From Desulfuromonadales bacterium (GTDB lineage: Bacteria; Desulfobacterota; Desulfuromonadia; Desulfuromonadales; SZUA-540), in assembly GCA_033549025.1 (NCBI GenBank), contig JAWSUS010000014.1:1-64000 (forward strand): a DNA stretch of 64,000 nt, written 5' to 3'. Both the position numbers and the translations under genes were made by a program. This document shows, piece after piece, positions 8,030 to 17,142 of the stretch (the first letter of the stretch is position 1; every line of letters begins with the position of its first letter). The notes beneath the pieces are model-generated. The model did not search any database and was not told the origin of the DNA. It worked only from the letters and a program-made list of their open reading frames with translations.

Positions 8030-9385
8030 ATGAAACTTATCGATTACCACACGATTCTGTCCCGCATGGGCGAAGGAGCCGTCTTCGCCGATGAGCAGGA
8101 TCGCATCTGCTTTATCAACGCCGCCGCCGAGCAGATCCGCGGCATCCGCTCCGAAAAGATCTGCGGCCGCAGCATTCTCAGTATCCATCCGCCCCGTTCT
8201 TCCGCGGATATCGGTGATCTGCTGCAAGATTTCAAGGCGGGCCGCAGTGCCGGCGCGGTACGCATCCTGGCCCTCAAGGATCGCATCTTTGAGAACAGCT
8301 ACCATCCCATCTGGGGTGAAGGGGGAGGCTACACAGGCACCCTGATGGTCAGTCGGGATGTCACCGAAAGGCAGCTTCTTGAAAAAGAGAACCGCGAGCT
8401 GCGGGCTCGTCTGACGACCTTGCCACCGTCAGGAGGGCTGGTAGGGCGCAGCCCGGCCATGAAGAAGGTTTTTGACCTGATCGAGGCTACCGCCCCGCTC
8501 GACACCACTGTATTGATCTCGGGGGAGACGGGGACGGGGAAGGAGCTGGTCGCTGAGGCCCTGCACCGGCAGAGCCCCCGATGCCAGGGGCCGCTGGTGC
8601 GCATCAACTGCGCCGCCCTGCCGGAAAACCTGCTGGAGGCCGAGCTGTTCGGTCACGAACGAGGAGCCTTCACGGGCGCGATCGCCCGGCGCCGGGGAAA
8701 GTTCGAGCTGGCTGAGGGGGGGACGATTTTTCTGGATGAGATCGGCGAGATGCCCCTGGCGGCCCAAGCCAAGCTGCTGCGGGTACTGCAGGAAAAAACG
8801 ATTCAGCGCCTGGGGGGAGAAAAGGAGATCCGGGTCGATGTACGCATCATTGCGGCGACCCACCGGGATCTGCGTCAGGAGGTGGCTGAGGGACAATTTC
8901 GGGAGGATCTCTTCTACCGTCTGAACGTCATTCCTTTGCACCTGGCCCCCCTGCGGGAACGGCGCGAGGATATCCTCACCCTGACGGAAATCTTTCTGGC
9001 AAAATTTTCCCGGGCCATGAAGCGCCCCGTGGCGGGGGTCTGTAAGTCGGCCAGGAGTCTTCTTCTGGCCCACGATTATCCAGGCAATGTGCGCGAACTC
9101 GAAAATGCCCTCGAACGTGCCGTGGCCCTGTGCCAGGGAAGCTACCTGCAGCCCGAGGATCTGCCGGACGAATTTCATCCAAGGAAAGAGGCCGGGGCCG
9201 TCGGCAGGGTTTTGACATCTGGCATCTTGGAGGATGCCCGCCTGTCCGGCGAAAAAAAGGCCATTCAAAAAGCTCTGCTGGCCACCGGCAACCGTAAAGC
9301 CGAGGCCGCCCGCCTTCTGGGAATATCGCGCAAGACGCTGTGGGAAAAGATGAAACGGCTGGAGCTGGAGGTTTCGTCGGCGTGA
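8030..9385 (+). CDS. PAS-domain sigma-54-dependent transcriptional activator (PAS-AAA+-Fis HTH)
   Basis: N-terminal [25 protein letters not shown]-terminal [15 protein letters not shown]. Confidence 0.95.
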   Translation: MKLIDYHTILSRMGEGAVFADEQDRICFINAAAEQIRGIRSEKICGRSILSIHPPRSSADIGDLLQDFKAGRSAGAVRILALKDRIFENSYHPIWGEGGGYTGTLMVSRDVTERQLLEKENRELRARLTTLPPSGGLVGRSPAMKKVFDLIEATAPLDTTVLISGETGTGKELVAEALHRQSPRCQGPLVRINCAALPENLLEAELFGHERGAFTGAIARRRGKFELAEGGTIFLDEIGEMPLAAQAKLLRVLQEKTIQRLGGEKEIRVDVRIIAATHRDLRQEVAEGQFREDLFYRLNVIPLHLAPLRERREDILTLTEIFLAKFSRAMKRPVAGVCKSARSLLLAHDYPGNVRELENALERAVALCQGSYLQPEDLPDEFHPRKEAGAVGRVLTSGILEDARLSGEKKAIQKALLATGNRKAEAARLLGISRKTLWEKMKRLELEVSSA

Positions 9386-9390
9386 CGGCA

Positions 9391-9406
9391 GTTACGTTCC
9401 CGTAAC
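9391..9406. promoter_or_regulatory. Putative enhancer site for the nrfA promoter
   Basis: GTTAC-GTTCCC-GTAAC about 80 bp upstream of the -24 element. Confidence 0.55.
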
Positions 9407-9482
9407 GAAAAACCGGCCGAGCGCGATTCCCATTTATAGGCAATTTTTTTAGAAAACAGATACCTGGACGTCTTTAGTTTTT

Positions 9483-9499
9483 TAGGCACGCCTCCTGCG
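9483..9499 (+). promoter_or_regulatory. sigma-54 promoter of nrfA
   Basis: TAGGCACGCCTCCTGCG, GG-N10-GC spacing. Confidence 0.7.
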
Positions 9500-9552
9500 A
9501 AGGGGATGGGTTGGAATCCTCGATCCGAAACCCTTCCACAGGAGAATGTCTT

Positions 9553-11019
9553 ATGATTCGAAAGAGTACCGTCGCCTTGGCCACCCTCGTCGCCCTTGTC
9601 GCCTTTTCGGGGCTGTGGCAGACGGTCACGCTGGCTGATACCCCGCCCGTAAATGAAAAGTCCGCAGTTCAGCCTTTGGCCGATCCCACCGCCCTGGCGG
9701 CAAAATATCCCGGCCAGTATGAGACCTGGCTGGCTACCGCCGAACCTGCGGAGCCGGGTTTGAGCCGCTACAAGCGTGGGTACGACATTGACGGCGTGAT
9801 TTACGACAAGATGGATGAATATCCCTTTCTGGCCCTGCTTCTCAGTGGTTCCGGATACGCTCTGGAATTCAACGAGCCTCGCGGCCATGCCTTCATGCTC
9901 GAAGACCAACTCGAGGTGGAACCCGCCCGCCTGAAGGCCGGGGGATCCTGTCTGACCTGCAAGACACCCTACGCCCCGCAGTTGCAGGAAAAACTCGGCA
10001 GCGATTTTTTCGGCGGCTCCTACCAGGAGGTCCTCAGCCGCATTCCTGAGAAACAACGGACCCTTGGGGTCGCCTGCGCCGATTGTCATCGCGCGGACGA
10101 CATGGATCTGCAGATTTCCCGTGGCTTCACCTTGGGCAAAGGGCTGCAGGCCCTGGACAAAAATCCACAAGAGCTCAAAACTGCGGAGCTGCAGACCCTC
10201 GTCTGTGCTCAATGCCACGTCACCTACAATATTCCCCAAAACGAGCAGAAAAAATCCGTGGACGTCGTTTTCCCCTGGCAGGGGAGTGCCTGGGGGGAGA
10301 TTACCGTGGAAAACATCATCGGCCGCATCCGCAGTGAACCGGCCCTGGCCGAGTGGACGCAGGCGGTCACCGGTTTTCGGCTGGGCTATATCCGGCACCC
10401 CGAGTTCGAGTTCTTCTCCAACGCCAGCCCCCACTGGCAGATGGGGGCGACCTGCGCCGACTGTCACATGCCTTCCACCGAGGTGAACGGGGAGACCATC
10501 TCCGACCATCGCGTCAGAAGCCCGCTCAAGAATGGTCTTTTGGGCTGCGCCCAGTGTCATGAGGACGGTCCCGAAGAGATGCGCCAGAAGGTGTTTGCCA
10601 TACAGGACCAGACCGTCTCCCGGCTGATCCGCAGCGGCTACGCTACCGCCACGGTGGCCAAACTGTTCGAAAAAGTCCACGTCGCGCAGACTGAAGGGAA
10701 GAAAATCGACTCGGGTCTCTATGCCGAGGCGCGCGACCATTATGAGGAGGCCCTTTACCGCGTTCTCTTTATGGCCGTGGAAAATTCCGTCGGTTTTCAT
10801 AACCCACCGGAGGCCGCGCGGATTCTCGCCGATGCCGCAGGTCATGCTGCCGCCGCCGACCGCCTGCTGCGTCAGGCTTTGGACCGGGCCGGGCTAGTGG
10901 TTCCCGCCCGGATCGATCTGGAGCTGGAGAAGTATCTCAATCATCGTGGGGAAAAAGACCGCATGTTCCGCCCGGAGCATGAAATCAAGGATCCTCTGGC
11001 CGAACCGAGAACCCTGTGA
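9553..11019 (+). CDS. nrfA: Ammonia-forming pentaheme cytochrome c nitrite reductase
   Basis: Signal peptide, FNEPRGH, CLTCK plus four CxxCH, CAQCHVTY, IRHPEFE, ENSVGFHN. Confidence 0.95.
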   Translation: MIRKSTVALATLVALVAFSGLWQTVTLADTPPVNEKSAVQPLADPTALAAKYPGQYETWLATAEPAEPGLSRYKRGYDIDGVIYDKMDEYPFLALLLSGSGYALEFNEPRGHAFMLEDQLEVEPARLKAGGSCLTCKTPYAPQLQEKLGSDFFGGSYQEVLSRIPEKQRTLGVACADCHRADDMDLQISRGFTLGKGLQALDKNPQELKTAELQTLVCAQCHVTYNIPQNEQKKSVDVVFPWQGSAWGEITVENIIGRIRSEPALAEWTQAVTGFRLGYIRHPEFEFFSNASPHWQMGATCADCHMPSTEVNGETISDHRVRSPLKNGLLGCAQCHEDGPEEMRQKVFAIQDQTVSRLIRSGYATATVAKLFEKVHVAQTEGKKIDSGLYAEARDHYEEALYRVLFMAVENSVGFHNPPEAARILADAAGHAAAADRLLRQALDRAGLVVPARIDLELEKYLNHRGEKDRMFRPEHEIKDPLAEPRTL

Positions 11020-11540
11020 TGCGCAAAAGCCGACTGCAAGAATTCCGATTGCTGCGGGCTCTAGCCGGAGCCCGTTCCCCTTCCATGCCGCCGATTTTTG
11101 TTCTTTGGAGTTTTGTCGGCGGCACTCTGGGGATTCTGGCCATCCACGGCGTAACCTTTCTGGTTGGTCAACCGCTGCTGATCGGTTCCTTCGGCGCCTC
11201 GGCCGTGCTGCTTTTCGGTGCCCCCGATTCGCCCCTGACCCGGCCCCGCAACCTGATCGGTGGCCATGTGCTCTCGGCGCTCACCGCCGTGGGGGTCGTG
11301 GCCCTGGCCGGCAGCAGTTTGTGGAGCATGGCTCTGGCGGTCGGGTTGGCCATTCTGGTGATGCACATCACCGATACGGTTCACCCTCCCGGTGGCGCTA
11401 CCGCCCTCATCGGCGTTCAGACTGCCGCTGGCCCGGCCTTTGTTTTTATGCCGGTGCTGGCTGGGGTTCTGGTTCTTTTGAGCGTGGCCCTGCTGACCAG
11501 CCGTCTTGTGTCATTCTCGCCGCGATGTTCGGAGCTCTAG
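11016..11540 (+). CDS. HPP-family membrane protein
   Basis: GSFGASAVLLFG, PRNLIGGH, VHPPGGATAL. Overlaps the nrfA stop. Confidence 0.9.
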   Translation: MMRKSRLQEFRLLRALAGARSPSMPPIFVLWSFVGGTLGILAIHGVTFLVGQPLLIGSFGASAVLLFGAPDSPLTRPRNLIGGHVLSALTAVGVVALAGSSLWSMALAVGLAILVMHITDTVHPPGGATALIGVQTAAGPAFVFMPVLAGVLVLLSVALLTSRLVSFSPRCSEL

Positions 11541-11562
11541 CCGATCCCGTCAGGAAAATAAA

Positions 11563-11591
11563 GAGCCCGTCAGGTTTTGCCTGACGGGCTC
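11563..11591. terminator. Hairpin between convergent HPP and ndh genes
   Basis: GAGCCCGTCAGG-TTTTG-CCTGACGGGCTC with an A-rich 5' flank. Confidence 0.6.
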
Positions 11592-11622
11592 ATCGTTGAA
11601 ACGGCTTGTATTTTCAAACGCT

Positions 11623-12873
11623 TTATCGGTCGGATTCCCTGTGGGTGATCAGGCGGACCTGTCGCTCGTGGAACCAGTAGTACCAGATCCAGTTGAGCAT
11701 GACCACCGTGCGATTGCGAAAGCCGATCAGATAATAGAGGTGCAGCAGCAGCCAGACCAGCCAGGCAAAATACCCTCGAAAGTTCATCCCAAAGGCGCTG
11801 GCGACCGCGGCACTGCGGCCGATGGTGGCCATGCTCCCCTTGTCGCGAAAATGGAACGGGGACAGGGGGGTTCCCTTTTCCCGGGCGAGAATCGCCTTGC
11901 CCGCATAGATACCCATCTGCATGGCGACAGGCGCTGTCATCGGCAGAGCGGAGCCATCCTGCTCCAGATAGGCCATGTCGCCGATGACAAAGACCTCCGG
12001 ATGTCCAGGCAAAGTGAGATCCGGCTCGACGGCGACCCTCCCGCTGTTTTGGCGCGAAGTCCCCAAAGAGGCGGCAAGCGGGGCCGACTTGACACCGGCC
12101 GACCAGAAAAGCGTGTGGGCCGGGATGATCGCACCGTCCGCGAGAGTGACCCGGTCCGGGCCGGCATCCACAACACGCGCGTTGAGAAGCACCTCGACCG
12201 ACATGCCGCGCAACTTTTTAAGGGTGTACTGTCGCTGCTCCTCGGGCATGGACGCCAGCAGCTGATCGGTTGCCTCCACCAGAATCACCCGGGCCGCTTG
12301 CGTGCTCAGTTCCGGATAATCCTTGGCGAGAACGAAATGGACCAGCTCGATGAGAGCGCCAGCGAACTCTATGCCGGTCGGCCCACCCCCCACGATCACG
12401 AAGGTCATCAGGGCGCGTTTCCGGGCCGGGTCCGGTTCAAGGACCGCCCGTTCGAAAGCGGTCAAGATGTGGTTGCGCAGGGCTTCCGCATGTGCCAGTT
12501 CCTTGAGATCGAAAGCGTGGCGTTCAACGGATTCCAGGCCGAAGAAATTGGTGATGCTCCCTGCCCCGACCACGAGATAGTCGTAGGCCAGATCGCCGGT
12601 GTCCGTCCGTATCTGTCGCGCGTCAACATCGATGGCCGTAACCTCGGCCAGATGGAAACGGGTGTCCGGCCATCGGCGTGCCATGGCCCGAACGGGATGG
12701 GCGATGGACTCCTGCTCGAGACCGGCAGTGGCCACCTGATAGAGCAGCGGCTGGAACAGGTGGTAATTGTTCCGGTCCACGAGGATGATATCATGCCCAT
12801 GGCCGGCCAACGCACGCGCCGCCCTGATTCCCCCAAACCCCATCCCCACGATGGCAATCCTTTTTCTGTCCAT
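11623..12873 (-). CDS. ndh: Type II NADH:quinone oxidoreductase (NDH-2)
   Basis: GMGFGG, HLFQPLLYQVAT, GGGPTGIE, VFVIGD, DKGSMATIGR. Confidence 0.9.
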   Translation of the reverse strand: MDRKRIAIVGMGFGGIRAARALAGHGHDIILVDRNNYHLFQPLLYQVATAGLEQESIAHPVRAMARRWPDTRFHLAEVTAIDVDARQIRTDTGDLAYDYLVVGAGSITNFFGLESVERHAFDLKELAHAEALRNHILTAFERAVLEPDPARKRALMTFVIVGGGPTGIEFAGALIELVHFVLAKDYPELSTQAARVILVEATDQLLASMPEEQRQYTLKKLRGMSVEVLLNARVVDAGPDRVTLADGAIIPAHTLFWSAGVKSAPLAASLGTSRQNSGRVAVEPDLTLPGHPEVFVIGDMAYLEQDGSALPMTAPVAMQMGIYAGKAILAREKGTPLSPFHFRDKGSMATIGRSAAVASAFGMNFRGYFAWLVWLLLHLYYLIGFRNRTVVMLNWIWYYWFHERQVRLITHRESDR

Positions 12874-12901
12874 GGCCCTTCTCCGCTTCTTTGGCAGTGC
12901 T

Positions 12902-13098
12902 CTATGCCTTGGTTGACGCTGTTTCTTCGCAGGCAGCCAGGCGTTCGCGCAGCTCTTTCTCGGGAATAATTCGATCCAGGGATTGCCCGACGGCGGCTTC
13001 CAACTGTGTCGGAAGATGTGCTCGGCCCCCTTGTTCCAGTACCGGATAACGCCTTTGCGATCAGAAACATTGGCGGCAGCCGGCGAATGTTCAAGGAT
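12902..13098 (-). pseudogene. Decayed stand-alone PAS-domain gene (frameshift plus probable internal deletion)
   Basis: Manual translation ILEHSPAAANVSDRKGVIRYWNKGAEHIFRHS / shift / EAAVGQSLDRIIPEKELRERLAACEETASTKA*. Confidence 0.7.
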
Positions 13099-13113
13099 CG
13101 GCAGTGTCCATCA

Positions 13114-13154
13114 AGCATAGCCTTTCTTGCGGGGGAATCCTTGACCTTCATCAA
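13114..13154 (-). promoter_or_regulatory. FNR/HcpR-type box with -10 element driving the PAS remnant and ndh
   Basis: TTGACCTTCATCAA (13141-13154). Minus-strand TATGCT at 13119-13114. Confidence 0.6.
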
Positions 13155-13307
13155 CTTCTGGCGCTTTTTCTGTCAACACGACGGCTTTTCCGTCCTGCAC
13201 TTGTAGCCATTCAAGGTGTTGCCTGTCACAGCTTTTCCCTGTTGACATCCCAAGGGCTAAGACTATTCTTTCTGCATTGAACGCCCTAACACGATGGAGA
13301 CGGATAT

Positions 13308-14348
13308 ATGCCGCGGCCCAATGACACCTCTTTTTACCGGACTCTCCCTTTGGGCAGTGATCTTGCCCTGCGCCGCGGCTTCATGGTCGTGAATGAACCA
13401 TTGCTCGGAAACTTCCGGTTCGGACGATTGCTGGAGGTCCTCGATAAAGTCGCTGAAGAAACGGCGCTCCAATACGTGTGCCAGTTCTATCCCGAAGCCC
13501 GCGTGGTGACGGCCGCCATTGACGAAATCCAGATCAAGCAGGCAGCCGATGTGACCCGTGATCTCGTTATCAAGGCCCGGATCAATCATGTCGGTCGCAC
13601 CTCCATGGAGGTCGGCATTCGGGTCGAACATCCGGGAGACCCGGAGGTTCATATTGCCTCCTGTTTTTTCACCATGGTGGCCAGGATCGGTGTCGGAAGT
13701 CAGTCGGAAAGCGTGACGATTCCGCCGCTTGAGTACATTGACGAACTGGAAAAACAACGCTATGCGAATGCCATTGCCAGTCGCGACGCCTACCGGACGG
13801 CGCAGAGCGTGGCGCAGGAGCCCCCCACGCGGGAAGAGTATGATCTGTTGAATCGTTTGCATCGCGCTCAGGAGGAGCCGAACTTCACTGGCCTGGTGGC
13901 CAGCCAGTTGGTGGCCGATTCCTGGGAGCGCATGTATCCCGAGCAGGAGAATGTCCCCACCACGATTTTCGGTGGTTACCTCGTTCGACGCGCTTATGAG
14001 CTTTCGTCGATCTGCGCCGAACTGGTTGCGCCCAACCGGCCGGTCATTGTGGCCGTGAACCGGATCAATTTCTTTCACCCCGTCCGTCTCGGCGATAAGC
14101 TGCACTTCACCACCCGTGTGGTTTACACCGGAAAAACGTCGGTGTCCGTCGAGGCAAATATCCGGCGTATAAGCCGCGACCGTACCAGTCAGGCCCTTTC
14201 GAATTCCTGCCTGTTCACCTTTGTAAACGTCAATAAAGATTTGATTCCCCAGCCCGTGCCGACCATTTACCCCACCACCTATGGTGAGGATGCCCGCTAC
14301 CTCCAGGCCTTTCGCCGCAGCAAGGGCTTGGGGCGACACCAGCATTAG
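13308..14348 (+). CDS. Double hotdog-fold acyl-CoA thioesterase
   Basis: GRLLEVLD, VVTAAID, VGRTSMEV and a second repeat IFGGYLVRRAYE, YTGKTSV. Confidence 0.88.
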   Translation: MPRPNDTSFYRTLPLGSDLALRRGFMVVNEPLLGNFRFGRLLEVLDKVAEETALQYVCQFYPEARVVTAAIDEIQIKQAADVTRDLVIKARINHVGRTSMEVGIRVEHPGDPEVHIASCFFTMVARIGVGSQSESVTIPPLEYIDELEKQRYANAIASRDAYRTAQSVAQEPPTREEYDLLNRLHRAQEEPNFTGLVASQLVADSWERMYPEQENVPTTIFGGYLVRRAYELSSICAELVAPNRPVIVAVNRINFFHPVRLGDKLHFTTRVVYTGKTSVSVEANIRRISRDRTSQALSNSCLFTFVNVNKDLIPQPVPTIYPTTYGEDARYLQAFRRSKGLGRHQH

Positions 14349-14700
14349 GGCCGAGGCACGGCGATTCTGCGCGTGAACAGGATCTGGTCCTCAAACTCCA
14401 CTGGCCGACAGCGAACAAGCCATCTGCAGCAACACGGATGGCTTAGAGTCATGGGCCGGCAATCCTCCGAATCTCCTGAACCCCTCCATAGAGGTCACTG
14501 TGGTAATGGTGGAACGTTTTTTGCTGTGTACTGATGATGTTCGGCGATTATGCACAAGCCTGGGCCCTGTGGTGTTTTTGAGGTCAAAGGTTTGACAGCC
14601 TCTCCAGGTGTGAGGGAGGCTGTGACGAAGCAGCTATATGCCTTCGCCGTGGTGACAAAAAAGATGTTCGGAATCATTATCTCTTGTCGAGAGGTGCAAT

Positions 14701-15093
14701 ATGGATGAAACACGTCCCATCGAAAAGAAGCCAACGTCTACGCCCATTCCTGAACCTCGTATTCCTGCCCATCTGAAGGTTCGTTTTGGCGTTGAAGGGG
14801 AGAGGGCCCTGGAAGAGTTTTCCGTAAATCTGAGTTCCGGCGGCATTTTTCTCGAGACAAAGCGTCTGATGCCCCCCGACACACCCCTTCGTTTGGAGTT
14901 TGACCTGCCGGCCCCGCGCTACACCATTCAGTGCCGGGGGCGGGTCGCCTGGGTCAACGAACTGCGCGCTGAAGGCCGCTGCAATCCCCATCTTCCTGCC
15001 GGCATGGGTGTGCAGTTTGTCGACCTGTCGTTGGATGACCTGGCCTTGCTGAGGGAATATATTCGAAGCAACAGGGTTTTGTCTGACTGGTAG
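14701..15093 (+). CDS. PilZ-domain protein (TIGR02266-like)
   Basis: NLSSGGIFL, GRVAWV, GMGVQF. Confidence 0.85.
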   Translation: MDETRPIEKKPTSTPIPEPRIPAHLKVRFGVEGERALEEFSVNLSSGGIFLETKRLMPPDTPLRLEFDLPAPRYTIQCRGRVAWVNELRAEGRCNPHLPAGMGVQFVDLSLDDLALLREYIRSNRVLSDW

Positions 15094-15269
15094 GCGCACC
15101 CTCCCCTCGTTTTTTAAGATCGCCTTTGCGGCAATGTTTGTGCTTTCCCCCGAATTGGTATATTTTGGCGGCGACCTGGCTGGCAGGTGGGATGTAGGCT
15201 GGCGGTAGAGATGTTTTTTCGTTCTGCCGGTGGCTGCTGTGATGAGGACGGGAGGAACCAGGACAAGCC

Positions 15270-15629
15270 ATGAAGGATTGGTCGGGGAAAGAACTTTGCT
15301 TCGAGTGTGCCGGCAAGCTGGGCGCCAATATCAATATCGGCCGCAAGATCAAAGGGCGCTGTCATCGCTGCCATAGCGAGCAGACCCTCTTCAAGGTGAC
15401 TGACGTACCCGTTGCCCCGGTAGCCGGGGAAGATGTCTGCGAGGAGTGCGGCCATCCCATCGGCACCCATGCCGCCAGCTGCCGTCGCTCGGAGCTGAAG
15501 GTGCTGCTCAATGAACGCCAGGAGCTCATCGGGCTGCTGGAGGAAGAGGGCGTCTATCGCCCGGAAGAACCGTTGGCGGAGCAGTTTCGCCAATTACTGA
15601 AAAAAGATTACGGCGATCCGTCCGCCTAG
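15270..15629 (+). CDS. Cys-rich hypothetical protein, probably metal-binding
   Basis: CFEC, CHRCH, CEECGH...HAASC. No signal peptide. Confidence 0.7.
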   Translation: MKDWSGKELCFECAGKLGANINIGRKIKGRCHRCHSEQTLFKVTDVPVAPVAGEDVCEECGHPIGTHAASCRRSELKVLLNERQELIGLLEEEGVYRPEEPLAEQFRQLLKKDYGDPSA

Positions 15630-15638
15630 GCGGATGGT

Positions 15639-15992
15639 CTACTTTCCTTCGGCTGCTCTGGCGCAGTCGATACACACCGGTGTGGCGGGGTCAATCTGCA
15701 GGCGCCCGACCGGGATTTCCTCCTCGCATTTCACGCAATACCCGTAATCGCCCGCCTGCAGACGGGAGAGGGCGGCGTGGAGCCTCTGTACCTCCTGCTC
15801 GATGCGGCGGGCCGAGGCCTGAGCCATGGCCTGCTGCTGCATGGCGTCCATGCGCGACAGGCGACCGACTCTGGTCTGGTCCAACTCCACCGGATCGCCT
15901 TCCTTGCGCTGTTCGTCCCGGGCGTGCCGTATGGCGGCCAGTCGCTCTTCCAGTAATTTACGATAGTCTTCCAGGTTTAGGTCTTCACGCAT
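15639..15992 (-). CDS. TraR/DksA C4 zinc-finger protein
   Basis: Coiled coil followed by YGYCVKCEEEI..RL..P....CIDC. Confidence 0.9.
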   Translation of the reverse strand: MREDLNLEDYRKLLEERLAAIRHARDEQRKEGDPVELDQTRVGRLSRMDAMQQQAMAQASARRIEQEVQRLHAALSRLQAGDYGYCVKCEEEIPVGRLQIDPATPVCIDCARAAEGK

Positions 15993-16100
15993 TGTTCGAT
16001 CCGCTCGTTAATTGGGGTGGATGGACGACGCCCATTGTATAGAAAGACGCCCAGGCTGTAAACGCGGTGATCTTCGATCCCGCCCCTCTCTGGAGATTTC

Positions 16101-16913
16101 ATGCCTCTCGACAGTCTGCCTGAGGTAAACACAACCTCACCGACGGATGAAGGCCGTCCCGCCCTGGTCCTGCTCACCAACGGCACCACGGACCCGGAAG
16201 GGCTGGCCGTGCTGGAGGAGATCGATGCCTGGATGCGGCGACGGTTTCCCGACAAGGCCCTCTGCTGGGCGTTCAGCTCGTCCCGTATTCTGGCAGTTCT
16301 GGAGAATCAGGGGATTATGGTGCGCAGCCTGCCGCAGACCTTGGCTCACTTGGCCCGCCTTGGCTTTACTGCTGTCGTGGTACAGTCGCTGAGCGTGGCC
16401 ACAGCAGGGGAGGTCGCTTGCGCCCCCGCCAGCCTGCAGGTGCAGACAGGGGGCCCGATGCTGGCGGCGCCGGCGGCCGTGGCGGAGTTGATCGATATTC
16501 TGAGGCCCGACCTCGATGCCGCCGAACCGACGGTCGTGGTTGCCCACGGCAGTGAGCAGGATGTCGGGGCGCGCGAGCGCCTGCAGGCCTTGGCGGCAGG
16601 GCTGGATGCCCCTTTCCCCCGGCTGGTGGTGGCGAGTCTTAAGGGCTGGCCCGGTCTTGTCCCGCTGCAGCGCCTGCGTGAGCTGGTGCAGAAAACCGGC
16701 CGCGTTCGCTTCGTGCTTCTGCTGCTGACCGCCGGTCACCACCTTCGCACGGATATCCTGGGCGACCAGCCGCAGAGCTGGCGGCACCGGTTGGGCGCGC
16801 GGGAAGTTTGTTGCAGCGAGCCTCTCGGCCGGAACCCGGCCGTTCTCGAGATCTTTGCCCGGCAGATCGAAGCCGCTCTCCAGCGCCTGTCTCATCGTTC
16901 AGAGCTTTTATAA
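16101..16913 (+). CDS. Sirohydrochlorin cobaltochelatase (CbiK-like class II chelatase)
   Basis: NGTT, WAFSSSRI, VVAHGS, TAGHHLRTDI, SWR, PLG.N. Confidence 0.75.
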   Translation: MPLDSLPEVNTTSPTDEGRPALVLLTNGTTDPEGLAVLEEIDAWMRRRFPDKALCWAFSSSRILAVLENQGIMVRSLPQTLAHLARLGFTAVVVQSLSVATAGEVACAPASLQVQTGGPMLAAPAAVAELIDILRPDLDAAEPTVVVAHGSEQDVGARERLQALAAGLDAPFPRLVVASLKGWPGLVPLQRLRELVQKTGRVRFVLLLLTAGHHLRTDILGDQPQSWRHRLGAREVCCSEPLGRNPAVLEIFARQIEAALQRLSHRSELL

Positions 16914-17076
16914 AGCCGTTTTTATTCCATGCATTACCTGCCTGCTCCTTCCCCTGTCCATCCCCCAGTCTTGTCTATCCTGTTTGGGCTAAATTCCCCT
17001 ATTTCGCATAGGCGGCCGCCTTTTGGTCGTCATGTGACGCCTTGGCATTTTTTGTAAAAAAATGTTTTAAAACCAC

Positions 17077-17105
17077 TTGACGTAAACGTAAGGTTTGTGT
17101 ATAGC
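17077..17105 (+). promoter_or_regulatory. fad operon promoter with LiuR-type operator
   Basis: TTGACGTAAACGTAAG dyad. TTGACG-17 nt-TATAGC. Confidence 0.7.
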
Positions 17106-17142
17106 TTGACACAGGAGTGCAGACAAGAAGGGGGGATCTGTC

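Noticed and set aside
14345..14452. 35-aa minus-strand ORF MTLSHPCCCRW... with GGAGGA upstream
   Set aside because: Too short, with no recognisable family. Cannot be supported.
15270..15629. c-type cytochrome call from CHRCH
   Set aside because: No signal peptide, and the other Cys pairs lack His, so Zn binding is more plausible.
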